Source: Desulfuromonadales bacterium (GTDB taxonomy: Bacteria > Desulfobacterota > Desulfuromonadia > Desulfuromonadales > SZUA-540). From it: DNA of 64,000 nt. Below are positions 38,514-47,794 of this stretch, one piece after another. Where the stretch lies: NCBI GenBank assembly GCA_033549025.1, contig JAWSUS010000019.1:1-64000 (forward strand), read 5' to 3'. Made by a program: the position numbers and the translations under genes. A model generated the notes under the pieces. That model was not told where the DNA came from and did no database searches. It worked only from the letters and a program-made list of their open reading frames with translations. Position 1 is the first letter of the stretch. Every line of letters begins with the position of its first letter.

Positions 38514-39107
38514 GTGCACCTGGTAAGGAGACTTTATGATTGGGTTCTTCATTGGGCCTATACACCCTATGGGGCACCTGCACTGTTTCTGCTGGCCTTC
38601 GCGGAATCCTCTTTTTTCCCTATTCCCCCCGATGTCCTTCTGCTTGCCCTCTGTATTTCCGTTCCAGCGAAATCCTTTCGCTTTGCCTTGATATGTTCGT
38701 TGGGCTCCGTCCTGGGGGGAGTGGTCGGCTACGCCATCGGCATGGTCTTATGGGAAGGGGTTTCCGGGTATTTTTATGCCTACGTTCCCGGATTCACCCC
38801 GCAGGTATTTCATCAGGTCCAAAATCTTTTTTCAACCTATGATTTCTGGGCGATTTTTGCGGCAGGATTTACCCCCGTCCCCTATAAAGTTTTCACCATC
38901 GGGGCTGGCGTATTCGATATTAATTTCCCGGTCTTCGTTTTGGCTTCAGCCGTTGGACGAAGTTTGCGGTTTTTCCTTGTCGCCTGGCTTATCTTCCGTT
39001 TCGGACCGGCGATGAGAGCTTTTATCGAGAAGTATTTCAATCTGCTGACGATTGTCTTTGTTGTGCTCCTTGTCGGGGGCTTCATTGTTATCCGGCATCT
39101 TTTGTAG
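38514..39107 (+). CDS. YqaA/DedA family membrane protein
   Basis: AFAESSFFPIPPD, TPVPYKVF, R..RFF. Confidence 0.92.
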   Translation: MHLVRRLYDWVLHWAYTPYGAPALFLLAFAESSFFPIPPDVLLLALCISVPAKSFRFALICSLGSVLGGVVGYAIGMVLWEGVSGYFYAYVPGFTPQVFHQVQNLFSTYDFWAIFAAGFTPVPYKVFTIGAGVFDINFPVFVLASAVGRSLRFFLVAWLIFRFGPAMRAFIEKYFNLLTIVFVVLLVGGFIVIRHLL

Positions 39108-39213
39108 GAGAAGAACTGGCTGCATAGCTTCGGGATTGACTGAACGGAAATCTTCAGGCACCTTTGTCACAGAAAAGGGGAGGCACAACAATCGATCGGT
39201 CCATAGGAACGGG

Positions 39214-39975
39214 ATGCTTTTGCGTACTCTTATCTTCATGGTTTTTCTAATTTCCCTGGCAGGGTGCACGCCGACGACAGGTGTGTACCACCAGGTCGGG
39301 GAGGGTCAGACCCTCTACCGCATAAGCCGTGTCTATGGCGTCAACGAACAGTATCTGGCCCGTGTCAATGGGATCAGTGATCCCAGTAGGCTGCAGGTTG
39401 GTCAGAAACTTTTTGTTCCGGGCGCAGTCCAGCAGCGCAAGGTTTCCTCCACGGTCAATTCACGTTCCCCGGCACCGGCAACCACACCTAAAAAGCCTGT
39501 TCCAATCCATACACCTGCAAAGCCCTCACCCCCAAAAACTGTTTCAGCAAATCCATCCAAGAGCCGCCCCCCAGCCGTTGTTGCGCTGCCCAAATCGATG
39601 CCGCAGACTCCCCGCAAAGGCCAGTTTATCTGGCCGGTAAAGGGTCGTGTTGTCAAAAAATTCGGTGGGGGAAGCAAGGGGTTGGAAATCGCCGTTCCCC
39701 GGGGATCGGCCGTGGTTTCTTCCGGTGCGGGAAGGGTCATCTATAGCGGCAACGGAATCCGCGGGTACGGAAATCTCATCATTGTGAAGCATGACCATTC
39801 ATATTTTTCCGTTTATGGATTTAACGACAAAAATCTTGTTTCGGTCGATTCTTTTGTGAGCAAGGGGGACAGAATTGCGCTCTCCGGCGTGCCTCCCGGC
39901 GGTGGGGAACCTCGGATTCACTTTGAAATCAGGCAGGGCAAGGAGGCCGTCAATCCGAGTTTGTACTTGCCTTAA
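39214..39975 (+). CDS. nlpD: NlpD-like lipoprotein (LysM + degenerate M23)
   Basis: Lipobox LAG|C, LysM, Pro-rich linker, GYGNLIIVKH, HFEIR; Zn ligands lost; sits upstream of rpoS. Confidence 0.88.
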   Translation: MLLRTLIFMVFLISLAGCTPTTGVYHQVGEGQTLYRISRVYGVNEQYLARVNGISDPSRLQVGQKLFVPGAVQQRKVSSTVNSRSPAPATTPKKPVPIHTPAKPSPPKTVSANPSKSRPPAVVALPKSMPQTPRKGQFIWPVKGRVVKKFGGGSKGLEIAVPRGSAVVSSGAGRVIYSGNGIRGYGNLIIVKHDHSYFSVYGFNDKNLVSVDSFVSKGDRIALSGVPPGGGEPRIHFEIRQGKEAVNPSLYLP

Positions 39976-40038
39976 TAAGGTCAATCCCTTAAAATCTAGC
40001 GCTGTTTACACGGGTTTTTTTCATGAGAGGTTTCTGTA

Positions 40039-40986
40039 ATGGATGAATTGCTGTCCGATTTTGATGATTCAGAGAACCACGAAGAAGGGGATACAGAGGA
40101 GGCCGAAATTTCTCTTGAGGCCGAAGATGAATCCAAGGAAGAGGCCGAAGTAGAGGAAGATGACAGCCATTCCGATGATGCCATCAAGCTCTATCTGAAG
40201 GAAATTCAAAAAACGACCCTTTTGACGGCCCAGGATGAACGGGATCTGGCCAGACGCATATCCCAGGGGGACATGGCGGCCAGGGATCGCATGATCGAGT
40301 CCAACCTTCGTCTTGTTGTGAAAATCGCCAAGCGCTACATGAATCGCGGGCTGCCTTTTCTCGACTTGATCGAAGAGGGCAACATGGGGTTGATCAAAGC
40401 GGTTGAACGTTTCAAGCTCAGCAAAGAATGTCGTTTTTCCACCTATGCCACCTGGTGGATACGTCAATCCATTGAAAGGGCTCTGGTCAATCAAAGCAGG
40501 ACCATACGGCTGCCGGTTCATGTTTCGGACGATATCAACAAATTTATTAAAATAAGTCGTGAACTTCTGCAGAAACTCAACCGGGATCCCAAGATCGACG
40601 AAATTGCTGAAGCCATGGGGGTCGATCCACATTATATCAATCGGCTCATGGTCTTGGTAAAAAAGACCTATTCCATTGAGCATCCCATGGGGGAAAACAA
40701 CGATTACAGCTTGATTGACACCATTGAGGATCCTACGGCTGCCGACCCGGCTGTGCTCATCGAAGACCTGAACAAGTTCAACCGGGTTTCCGACTGGCTC
40801 AACACCTTGAGTGAAAACGAGCGGGACATTCTGACCTTGCGATTCGGATTGGAGGATCGCGAGCCACAGACCCTGGATACCATCGGGAAACGTTTCGGGG
40901 TCACCCGTGAACGCATTCGACAGATTGAGGCCAAGAGTCTGGAAAAATTGAGAAAGATCATGGAAGAAAGCCAAGGCTCGTTGTAG
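40039..40986 (+). CDS. rpoS: RpoS-like group 2 sigma factor
   Basis: [39 protein letters not shown]; surE-pcm-nlpD context. Confidence 0.93.
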   Translation: MDELLSDFDDSENHEEGDTEEAEISLEAEDESKEEAEVEEDDSHSDDAIKLYLKEIQKTTLLTAQDERDLARRISQGDMAARDRMIESNLRLVVKIAKRYMNRGLPFLDLIEEGNMGLIKAVERFKLSKECRFSTYATWWIRQSIERALVNQSRTIRLPVHVSDDINKFIKISRELLQKLNRDPKIDEIAEAMGVDPHYINRLMVLVKKTYSIEHPMGENNDYSLIDTIEDPTAADPAVLIEDLNKFNRVSDWLNTLSENERDILTLRFGLEDREPQTLDTIGKRFGVTRERIRQIEAKSLEKLRKIMEESQGSL

Positions 40987-41036
40987 GAAGCCTGCCTTCT
41001 GCTTACACGACATTTTTTAAAGAGGGAGCCTCTATT

Positions 41037-41552
41037 TTGGATGAGTTGAAAAATATAATCAGGGACATTCAGGATTTTCCCAAGAAGGGCATTGTTTTCA
41101 AAGATATAACAACCCTTCTTTCTGACGGACGAAGCTTCCACCGCATGGTGGATCTCATCGCTCATCGATACATCGGTCAACGCATCGACAAGGTCGTCGG
41201 CGTCGAGGCGCGGGGCTTTGTACTGGGATCGGCCTTGGCCTACAAACTTGGCGCCGGCGTCACTCTGGTCCGCAAGCCCGGCAAGCTTCCCTACAAGACC
41301 CGCGGCAAGACCTATCAGCTCGAGTATGGATCCGATTCGCTGGAGATCCATGAAGATGCTTTCAAGCAAGGCGATCGGGTGATTATTGCCGACGATCTGC
41401 TCGCTACGGGCGGAACCATGGTGGCCGTTTATGACCTTGTAACCGAACTGGGGGCCGAGGTGGTAGAATGCGCCTTCATGGCCGAGCTGGCCTTCCTGGA
41501 GGGGCGCAAGAAATTGCCGGAAGACAAGGTTTTCAGCCTCCTGACCTTTTAG
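41037..41552 (+). CDS. apt: Adenine phosphoribosyltransferase
   Basis: [32 protein letters not shown]. Confidence 0.98.
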   Translation: MDELKNIIRDIQDFPKKGIVFKDITTLLSDGRSFHRMVDLIAHRYIGQRIDKVVGVEARGFVLGSALAYKLGAGVTLVRKPGKLPYKTRGKTYQLEYGSDSLEIHEDAFKQGDRVIIADDLLATGGTMVAVYDLVTELGAEVVECAFMAELAFLEGRKKLPEDKVFSLLTF

Positions 41553-41608
41553 GAAAAAAGCTTGTCATCCCTTTGCCTCTGAAGTATAAATAGGCCCCTT
41601 AAACATCG

Positions 41609-41685
41609 GGCCCCGTAGCTCAGCTGGATAGAGCAACCGCCTCCTAAGCGGTAGGTCGTGCGTTCGAATCGCGCCGGGGCCGCCA
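41609..41685 (+). tRNA. tRNA-Arg(CCT)
   Basis: Acceptor GGCCCCG/CGGGGCC + GCCA; anticodon arm ACCGC-CTCCTAA-GCGGT; GTTCGAATC; promoter TTGTCA-17-TATAAA at 41562-41590. Confidence 0.98.
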
Positions 41686-41688
41686 TTC

Positions 41689-41724
41689 AGAAGACCTGCC
41701 GGATTGGGCGGGTCTTTTTTCTTT
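41689..41724 (+). terminator. Intrinsic terminator after tRNA-Arg
   Basis: AAGACCTGCC...GGCGGGTCTT then a T run. Confidence 0.8.
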
Positions 41725-41746
41725 CAGTGAATCGTGTGGAGGAAGA

Positions 41747-42433
41747 GTGCTGCTGAAGGGGACTCTCGTCAATGTTGTTGCGGTCATCGTCGGGTGCGTT
41801 ATCGGACGCAGTCTCGGCCATCTGCTGTCAGACAGGGTGCGCAATACGCTGATGTGCGCTCTGGGGTTGGCCGTTTTGTTGATCGGGCTTCAACTGGCCC
41901 TGCAGAGCCAGCAACCCATGATCCCCATAGGCAGTCTTATCCTCGGCGGTTTGGTCGGGGAACTGGCACGATTGGAGCACCGCCTGGAGCTCTTCGGTCA
42001 ACTTCTGCAAAAACGCTTTTCGGGTTCTGGCAGAATTGCCGAAGGTTTTGTTACCGCGAGTCTGTTGTATTGTGTCGGTGCCATGGCGATCATGGGGGCA
42101 ATCCAGGATGGCTTTGGAGAAAAACCATCGATTCTTTACGCCAAGGCAGCCCTCGATGGGATCGCTTCGGTTGCCCTGACTTCAACTTTGGGAATCGGAG
42201 TTGTTTTTTCGATAATCCCACTTTTTGTCTATCAGGGTGGACTTACCCTGTTGGCCGGACTGGCCAAAACCGTGCTGACCAATCCTGTCATGACTGAAAT
42301 GAATTCAGTCGGTGGTCTGCTTATCGTTGCTATTTCTTTTGACCTCCTCGGCATCAGGCGACTTCCGGTCGGCAACATGCTGCCATCCATTTTTGTGGCC
42401 ATCGCCCTTATGTGGACATTCGGACTCGCCTGA
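41747..42433 (+). CDS. DUF554 family membrane protein
   Basis: GTLVN, EGFVTASLLYCVGAMAI.G, KA.LDG, YQG.LT, N.LP. Confidence 0.92.
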   Translation: MLLKGTLVNVVAVIVGCVIGRSLGHLLSDRVRNTLMCALGLAVLLIGLQLALQSQQPMIPIGSLILGGLVGELARLEHRLELFGQLLQKRFSGSGRIAEGFVTASLLYCVGAMAIMGAIQDGFGEKPSILYAKAALDGIASVALTSTLGIGVVFSIIPLFVYQGGLTLLAGLAKTVLTNPVMTEMNSVGGLLIVAISFDLLGIRRLPVGNMLPSIFVAIALMWTFGLA

Positions 42434-42631
42434 ACTGGCCTTTTCGAGACCTCGCGAAAATACTGATGGCTGTGCCAAAAAAACGTCAGCAGGGTGACCC
42501 GCTAACCGCAAATAACCCATTCCCGGAATTCTGTGAAAAAAAGATAATTCGTGGCTGCCGCCACGTAATTATAACGACTTGCCCCTTTTGACCCGTTTGA
42601 TTTCCGTTGATTTTCTTCAGGGTTGGAAAGA

Positions 42632-42648
42632 TTGGTGCGGGTTTTGCT
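42632..42648 (+). promoter_or_regulatory. sigma54-type promoter
   Basis: TTGGTGCG-GGTT-TTGCT; GG at 42634-35, N10, GC at 42646-47. Confidence 0.6.
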
Positions 42649-42706
42649 AAGAGTTGTGGGGCAGGCAGCCTTCAAGGTTTTAATAGATCAGGAGAACAGG
42701 CAGGAC

Positions 42707-43282
42707 ATGATGCAGAACGAAAATGAAAAATGGTCACATTTGTCACGGCGTCGCTTCTTGATGGCGGGTGCTTTTTCTCTGGTGGCTTTAGGAGTCCCAG
42801 GACAGGCCCTGGCGCAGCTTCAGAAGTTCACCGCCACCGAAAAGACGATCTCCTTGCACAATATCCACACTGGCGAAAGGCTGAACAAAGCCGTATTCTG
42901 GGCGAACGGTGAATACGTTCCGGAAACGCTCTCCGATATCGATTATCTTCTGCGAGATTACCGGAACGGCGAGGTTAAACGCATTGATATCCAGTTGCTC
43001 GACATGTTGTATGAGGTACGCCAGAAAGTGGGGGCTTTTCGTCCCTATCAGGTGATCTCCGGTTATCGCTCACCGGAAACCAATGAATTTCTGGCCCGCA
43101 ACTCTTCAGGGGTGGCCCGCAGGAGCCTTCATCTCGAAGGGCAGGCCATTGACATCCGACTTCCCGGCATCGACCTCAAGAATCTTCGAAGCGCGGCTCT
43201 TTCTCTCAGGGCGGGCGGCGTAGGCTATTACCCCAAGTCACAGTTTGTTCATATGGACACGGGAGCCCCGCGGTCCTGGTAG
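42707..43282 (+). CDS. YcbK/MepK-like (DUF882, peptidase M15) Tat-exported endopeptidase
   Basis: Tat motif SRRRFL; HTGE, LRD.R, ISGYRSP.TN, S.H..G.A.D, FVH.DTG..RSW. Confidence 0.92.
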   Translation: MMQNENEKWSHLSRRRFLMAGAFSLVALGVPGQALAQLQKFTATEKTISLHNIHTGERLNKAVFWANGEYVPETLSDIDYLLRDYRNGEVKRIDIQLLDMLYEVRQKVGAFRPYQVISGYRSPETNEFLARNSSGVARRSLHLEGQAIDIRLPGIDLKNLRSAALSLRAGGVGYYPKSQFVHMDTGAPRSW

Positions 43283-43308
43283 CACCATTTTTTCCCGTCT
43301 GATACTTT

Positions 43309-45021
43309 TCAGCGTATATACGCCTCAGTCACGTAGCGTCGCATCATGACATGCGTATTGAAATAATACGCATTTTTACCGATAGCGTTTTTCATCACGC
43401 GAATCCATGCTTCCCGGTCATGGTAAAACATGGGCATGATGATGCGCTCCAGTTTGTCATAAAGGTCGTTGGCATCCTCTTCGGAATGATTCTCCTGACT
43501 GGGGTTTTCCGCCGGAGGCGGGCCAATGGACCAGCCTGTAACTCCCTCGATGTGCCCCTCGATCCACCAGCCATCCAAAACACTGAAATTCGGCACGCCA
43601 TTTAGAGCCGCCTTCATGCCGCTGGTCCCGGAGGCTTCCAGGGGCCGGATGGGGTTATTGAGCCAGAGATCCACCCCGGGCAGTAGCCGGTAGGCCACGT
43701 CCATGTTGTAGTTTTCAAGGTAGGCTATTTTTATTTTCGGATAGAGTGATTTTATCTGGGCGATAATCTTCTGGATAAGCTGTTTGCCTGGGATGTCTTT
43801 CGGATGGGCTTTGCCGCCGAAAACCAGCTGCAATTTCCCTGCGCCCATGCGGGTGAGCCGTTCTATATCGCTAAAGATCAGATCGCCTCTTTTATAGGTG
43901 GCGAACCGTCTCGCAAAGCCTATGGTGAGAACCTCCGGATCCATTTCGATTCCGGTGGTCTCCTGAATGTATTGAAAAAGATAGGCCTTGGCCCCGCAGT
44001 GGGCGTCCCACATCTCCTCATCCGGAATATTGTCGACCCGGACGAGAAGCTCGGGCTCATGCGCCCAACTCGGAATATACCTGTCAAAAAGCGTTACGAA
44101 ATAGGGCGAAGCCCAGGTGAAGGGGTGGACGCCGTTGGTGATGGCGTGGATTTCAAAGCCGGGGAAGAGCGATTTGGAAACCTCTCCATGTCTTTTTGCA
44201 ACCCCGTTGACATAACGGCTGAGATTGAGGGCCAGCATGGTCATGTTCAGCTCGTTTTTACCAGCGAGTTCTTTGAGCAGGGTGAGCGGTACCGGTTCGC
44301 CCATAACTTTCTGGACCAGGTCGTAGGGGAAGCGATCGTGGCCGGCCTCAACGGGGGTATGGGTGGTGAAAACACAGTGCTCCAGCACGTGCTGGGTGTC
44401 CCAGGCCGCTCGTTCATCCCAGGTGTTCTCGATTGGGCGTCTGGCGCGACTTAAAAGGTCAAGGGTCAGAAGGCTGGCGTGGCCTTCATTCATATGATAC
44501 TTGCGGATGGAGAAGCCCAGAGCATCGAGAATTCTGGCCCCGCCAATTCCCAGAACAATCTCCTGTTTTAATCGATAGGCCAGGTCGCCTCCGTAGAGAT
44601 GGTCGGTGATGCGCCTATCCTGCTCGACATTGCCGGGGATGTCCGTGTCGAGAAAAAGCACCGGGATTTCACCACCCGTGGGACTTTTAACCCGGTAGAG
44701 CCAGGCCTGAACCTTGACATCACGCTCTTCAACGGTGACGAGAATTTTGGTGGGAAGAAGCTCCATGAATGATTCGGGCTTCCAGTCCACGGGAAGTTCC
44801 TTCTGCCAGCCTTCATCGTCAATCACCTGCCGAAAGTACCCCTTGCGACTTGCCAAAGTGACCGCCACCATAGGTAATTTCAGGTCTGCCGCGCTTTTGA
44901 TGGTGTCACCGGCAAGAATCCCCAGCCCGCCGCTGTAGGTGGGGATGTCGGCGGAAAGACCTATTTCCATCGAAAAGTAAGCGATTCGCGACTCTCTTGT
45001 ATAATTTTTCCAGCCTGTCAT
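43309..45021 (-). CDS. glgP: Alpha-glucan (glycogen) phosphorylase
   Basis: AYFSME, YSGGLG.LAGD, HMNEGH, ARRFATYKR, EASGTSGMK (PLP Lys); start moved to ATG 45021. Confidence 0.95.
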   Translation of the reverse strand: MTGWKNYTRESRIAYFSMEIGLSADIPTYSGGLGILAGDTIKSAADLKLPMVAVTLASRKGYFRQVIDDEGWQKELPVDWKPESFMELLPTKILVTVEERDVKVQAWLYRVKSPTGGEIPVLFLDTDIPGNVEQDRRITDHLYGGDLAYRLKQEIVLGIGGARILDALGFSIRKYHMNEGHASLLTLDLLSRARRPIENTWDERAAWDTQHVLEHCVFTTHTPVEAGHDRFPYDLVQKVMGEPVPLTLLKELAGKNELNMTMLALNLSRYVNGVAKRHGEVSKSLFPGFEIHAITNGVHPFTWASPYFVTLFDRYIPSWAHEPELLVRVDNIPDEEMWDAHCGAKAYLFQYIQETTGIEMDPEVLTIGFARRFATYKRGDLIFSDIERLTRMGAGKLQLVFGGKAHPKDIPGKQLIQKIIAQIKSLYPKIKIAYLENYNMDVAYRLLPGVDLWLNNPIRPLEASGTSGMKAALNGVPNFSVLDGWWIEGHIEGVTGWSIGPPPAENPSQENHSEEDANDLYDKLERIIMPMFYHDREAWIRVMKNAIGKNAYYFNTHVMMRRYVTEAYIR

Positions 45022-45323
45022 TGTCCCCCCGTGTGTTGGCGCCTTTACAAGTTGCTCATTATACCATGTCAGAAGGTTTATGGTTGTTGCATGCTGACGA
45101 ACAGCATAGATTTCTGGGAAACAGGTACCCCGGCAGGGATTGCCGTGGAATATTCTGAAAAAGCTGTTGGATTTTCTACAGTGCAGCAGTCCCGGTTTAT
45201 TGGTTATTTTTGTAACCTTAAGAAATTGCGTATTTTTTTTAAATGGCATGGATAGTGTTAAGCATGTTGGGTAGGTATTTCTTATTCCCGCTCCGAAGCG
45301 AGCACTAAACCATGGAGGATTCA

Positions 45324-45782
45324 ATGAAAGTATTCCTGTTTCTCTTGAGCGCCGTTCTGTTGTCACCTGTCTTTGCCACTGCTGCTCCCGATATGGATCA
45401 CAGTAAAATGAATCATGCCGGCATGGAAGCCGCCGGTCAGATGATCGACCTGGGTTCGGTAACGGAAAACGGTGTAGAGGCCTTGGCTGAGATGAAGGAT
45501 ATCTCCAAAGCCATGGCTCAGATGGGCATGGAGGCGACCCACCATTTTATGGTCATGTTTGTGGATACCCAGAACTTTGAACCGATCGAAGAGGGTGTTG
45601 TTGCGTTGAAAATCACCTCACCGTCAGGGGAGACGTCTGACGCTGTCAAGCTTATGGGAATGCACGGCGGTTATGGATCCGATATTGCCCTGAAGGAAAA
45701 GGGAGCTTACACATTTCAAGTGGGCACCAAACTGGCCGACGGCCAGAAACGGCAGTTCGAGTTTAAATTTCACAACCATTGA
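45324..45782 (+). CDS. Secreted Met/His-rich protein, possibly metal (Cu)-binding
   Basis: Signal peptide, MDHSKMNHAGM, ATHHFMV, MGMHGGYG; RBS GGAGGA. Confidence 0.65.
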   Translation: MKVFLFLLSAVLLSPVFATAAPDMDHSKMNHAGMEAAGQMIDLGSVTENGVEALAEMKDISKAMAQMGMEATHHFMVMFVDTQNFEPIEEGVVALKITSPSGETSDAVKLMGMHGGYGSDIALKEKGAYTFQVGTKLADGQKRQFEFKFHNH

Positions 45783-45791
45783 TCCTGGAAA

Positions 45792-45834
45792 AGTCGCCCC
45801 CAATAAACCCATCATTGGGTTCCTGGGGGCGACT
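45792..45834 (+). terminator. Long hairpin after the Met/His-rich gene
   Basis: AGTCGCCCCCA...TGGGGGCGACT enclosing AACCCA-TCAT-TGGGTT; no U tail. Confidence 0.5.
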
Positions 45835-46099
45835 CCCATCCCGTCTGATCGTCCCTCGCATTTCTGCAAAAAATAAAAAAGTGTTTTCTTTGAATTGCAA
45901 AAGAAATGGCCGGCATTGCAAGTGCCCGGCATTACATGATTAAAGCAATCTTTATCTGTGAGGGTATTGGATGTTTTTGTGTTGCCGGCTTTCGCTGTTT
46001 TGCAAACAACGACCATGATATTCAATGTGGTACGATTTTACATCGTTGTAAGTAGTCAAAAATAAACAGAAAATGACAACATTTTTAAAAGTAGAACAA

Positions 46100-46116
46100 T
46101 GGTATACTCCTTGCTT
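46100..46116 (+). promoter_or_regulatory. sigma54-type promoter
   Basis: TGGTATACTCCTTGCTT; GG at 46101-02, N10, GC at 46113-14; long AT-rich upstream region. Confidence 0.65.
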
Positions 46117-46170
46117 TTGGTTTGAGTATCACAAGTTTTTTAATCCCTGAACCATAAAGGAAGGATAGCC

Positions 46171-46584
46171 ATGAAAGCGGTCATTAACGGAAAAAAAATC
46201 AGCTACAGTGTTGAAGGGCAGGGCAAGGCCGTTGTTTTGCTGGGAGGGGAGCAGCAGCCCATTGCGAAGGAAGGCTTTTTGGCCCAATCGGGCTATCGTG
46301 TCATTGTTCCCGATTTATCGGAGACGGATGAAACAAGAGGTTCCAGTCTGGCCGGCAAGGTGGTCGCTTTGATGAACTACCTGGGTACCGGGCGTGCTGT
46401 TGTCGCTGCCACTCGCCTTAATGCCGACCTGGTCAAGGTTCTGGTGGAGAGGTATCCTCAACGGCTGGCCGATGTCGTCTTTTTGGATGGCAGCCCCGAA
46501 GAAAACACCTCGAACCTGGCCGAAAGGCTGCACCAGTTGCGGCATGCGAGACAGCCGACATCCAGCCTGGGCAGGGTCGCCTAG
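46171..46584 (+). CDS. Truncated, non-catalytic alpha/beta-hydrolase-fold protein
   Basis: ING..ISY...G.G.AVVLL, GYRVIVPDL, YP.RL..VVFLD, but no G-x-S-x-G; strong RBS AAGGAAGGA. Confidence 0.65.
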   Translation: MKAVINGKKISYSVEGQGKAVVLLGGEQQPIAKEGFLAQSGYRVIVPDLSETDETRGSSLAGKVVALMNYLGTGRAVVAATRLNADLVKVLVERYPQRLADVVFLDGSPEENTSNLAERLHQLRHARQPTSSLGRVA

Positions 46585-46600
46585 AGGAAACGGTACTGTT

Positions 46601-47245
46601 TTAATCGAGGGTGGGGGGCTCTGGCAGGAGCTCGGCTATACGGGCCATGACCCGCTCGACAATGAGGACGTGGGTTTCCTTGTTGTTCTCGCAGGAAAAC
46701 AGATCGGAAAAATCGATAGGGGCGCCGAATTCGGCCTGTGCCCGTTGGCCAAATCCTGGAAACTTCCAGTGATTGAGTCCTGAAAGCGCCACAGGGATGA
46801 CAACAGGGCGGCTGTCGTAAATCAGTTTGCCGACGCCACGGTTGCCCTTGCCGAGAGTACCGTCTTTGTGGCGCGTCCCTTCGGGGAAGAGCATGACCTT
46901 TTCGGTCTGCAACAATTGAGAGATGTTTTCTCCAGCCCGCACGTCTCTCCCCCGCCGAACTGGAAACGCGCCCCATGAGCGGAACAGCCAACCCAGGAAG
47001 GGATTGGTAAAGAGTTCCTCTTTCGCCGGGGCCCAGATCATCTGCAGCGGAAAACGTCGAATGACAGCCCAGGGCAGGAAGACCGTCTCATACCCTGATA
47101 TATGGTTGGAGGCCAGCAGAACACCCCCGGAGGAGGGGATATTCTGCCACCCTTTGGTCGTAAAGCGATTCAGGCAGGATGCGTAGAATCCGATCACGTA
47201 AACACCGAGCAGAACCCACAATCTTCTGATAATGGAAATGTTCAA
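46601..47245 (-). CDS. 1-acyl-sn-glycerol-3-phosphate acyltransferase (PlsC family)
   Basis: SNHISGYE (HX4D variant), AKEELF, FPVRR, FPEGTR; TTG start after AGGAGG. Confidence 0.9.
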   Translation of the reverse strand: MNISIIRRLWVLLGVYVIGFYASCLNRFTTKGWQNIPSSGGVLLASNHISGYETVFLPWAVIRRFPLQMIWAPAKEELFTNPFLGWLFRSWGAFPVRRGRDVRAGENISQLLQTEKVMLFPEGTRHKDGTLGKGNRGVGKLIYDSRPVVIPVALSGLNHWKFPGFGQRAQAEFGAPIDFSDLFSCENNKETHVLIVERVMARIAELLPEPPTLD

Positions 47246-47398
47246 GCCATCCTCCTAGGTTGAATTGAGAACCGCCTTCTTATAGCCTATTTGCCTGCAC
47301 CTGACAATCCCTGATACAGCACGGCCGGATTTCTCCTTTAGTTTCCTTGCCGATCGGTGTATTTTCACAATCATCGATTGTTCGGAAGGATCTCTGCC

Positions 47399-47794
47399 GT
47401 GGATCATCTCCCTGTTTTTTTACGCATTTTTTTATTTCTGGCTTCCGCAGGAAGCATCCTGTGGCTTTCCCTGGATGCTGATCCCCCGGTGCCTGCCTGG
47501 GAGGTCCTGTCGTGGGACAAGCTGCAACATGCCCTGGCCTATGCTGTGCTGGCGCTGAGCACCGGCGGCGTGCTGCAGATTTTCAGGCGTTCTGCCAGGG
47601 TGACCTGGGCCGCGGCCTTCGCCGTATCCCTCGGGTTTGGTATAGGCGTGGAAATCCTGCAGAAACAGCTGACCAGCAATCGTCAATTCGAGGCCTTGGA
47701 TATTCTGGCGGACGGCATCGGCGCTCTGTTGGCCACCGCTTTCGCCTTCTGGTGGGAGCGATCCCGTGTGCCCCATCCGGGAGGTAACCGTTGA
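47399..47794 (+). CDS. VanZ-family membrane protein
   Basis: DKLQHALAY, GVEILQ.....R.FE.LD..AD.IG. Confidence 0.88.
   Translation: MDHLPVFLRIFLFLASAGSILWLSLDADPPVPAWEVLSWDKLQHALAYAVLALSTGGVLQIFRRSARVTWAAAFAVSLGFGIGVEILQKQLTSNRQFEALDILADGIGALLATAFAFWWERSRVPHPGGNR

Noticed and set aside
39214..39975. M23 domain lacking zinc ligands as a novel pseudo-enzyme
   Set aside because: A degenerate LytM domain is the normal state of NlpD-type amidase activators.
42434..42620. c-di-GMP riboswitch or MITE/IS remnant
   Set aside because: Several short stems, but no recognisable riboswitch core, terminal inverted repeats or target duplication.
45022..45366. 115-aa N-terminal extension of glgP, and similar extensions of rplM, tlyA, fxsA, nlpD and nusB in the ORF track
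   Set aside because: Longest-ORF artefacts; RBS position and family N-termini support the downstream starts.
45624..46025. 133-aa minus-strand ORF in the AT-rich region
   Set aside because: Overlaps a supported gene and a hairpin, with no RBS or motif; the region is better explained as regulatory DNA.
41609..47300. Possible genomic island integrated at tRNA-Arg(CCT)
   Set aside because: No integrase and no duplicated tRNA 3' end seen; downstream genes are ordinary chromosomal types.
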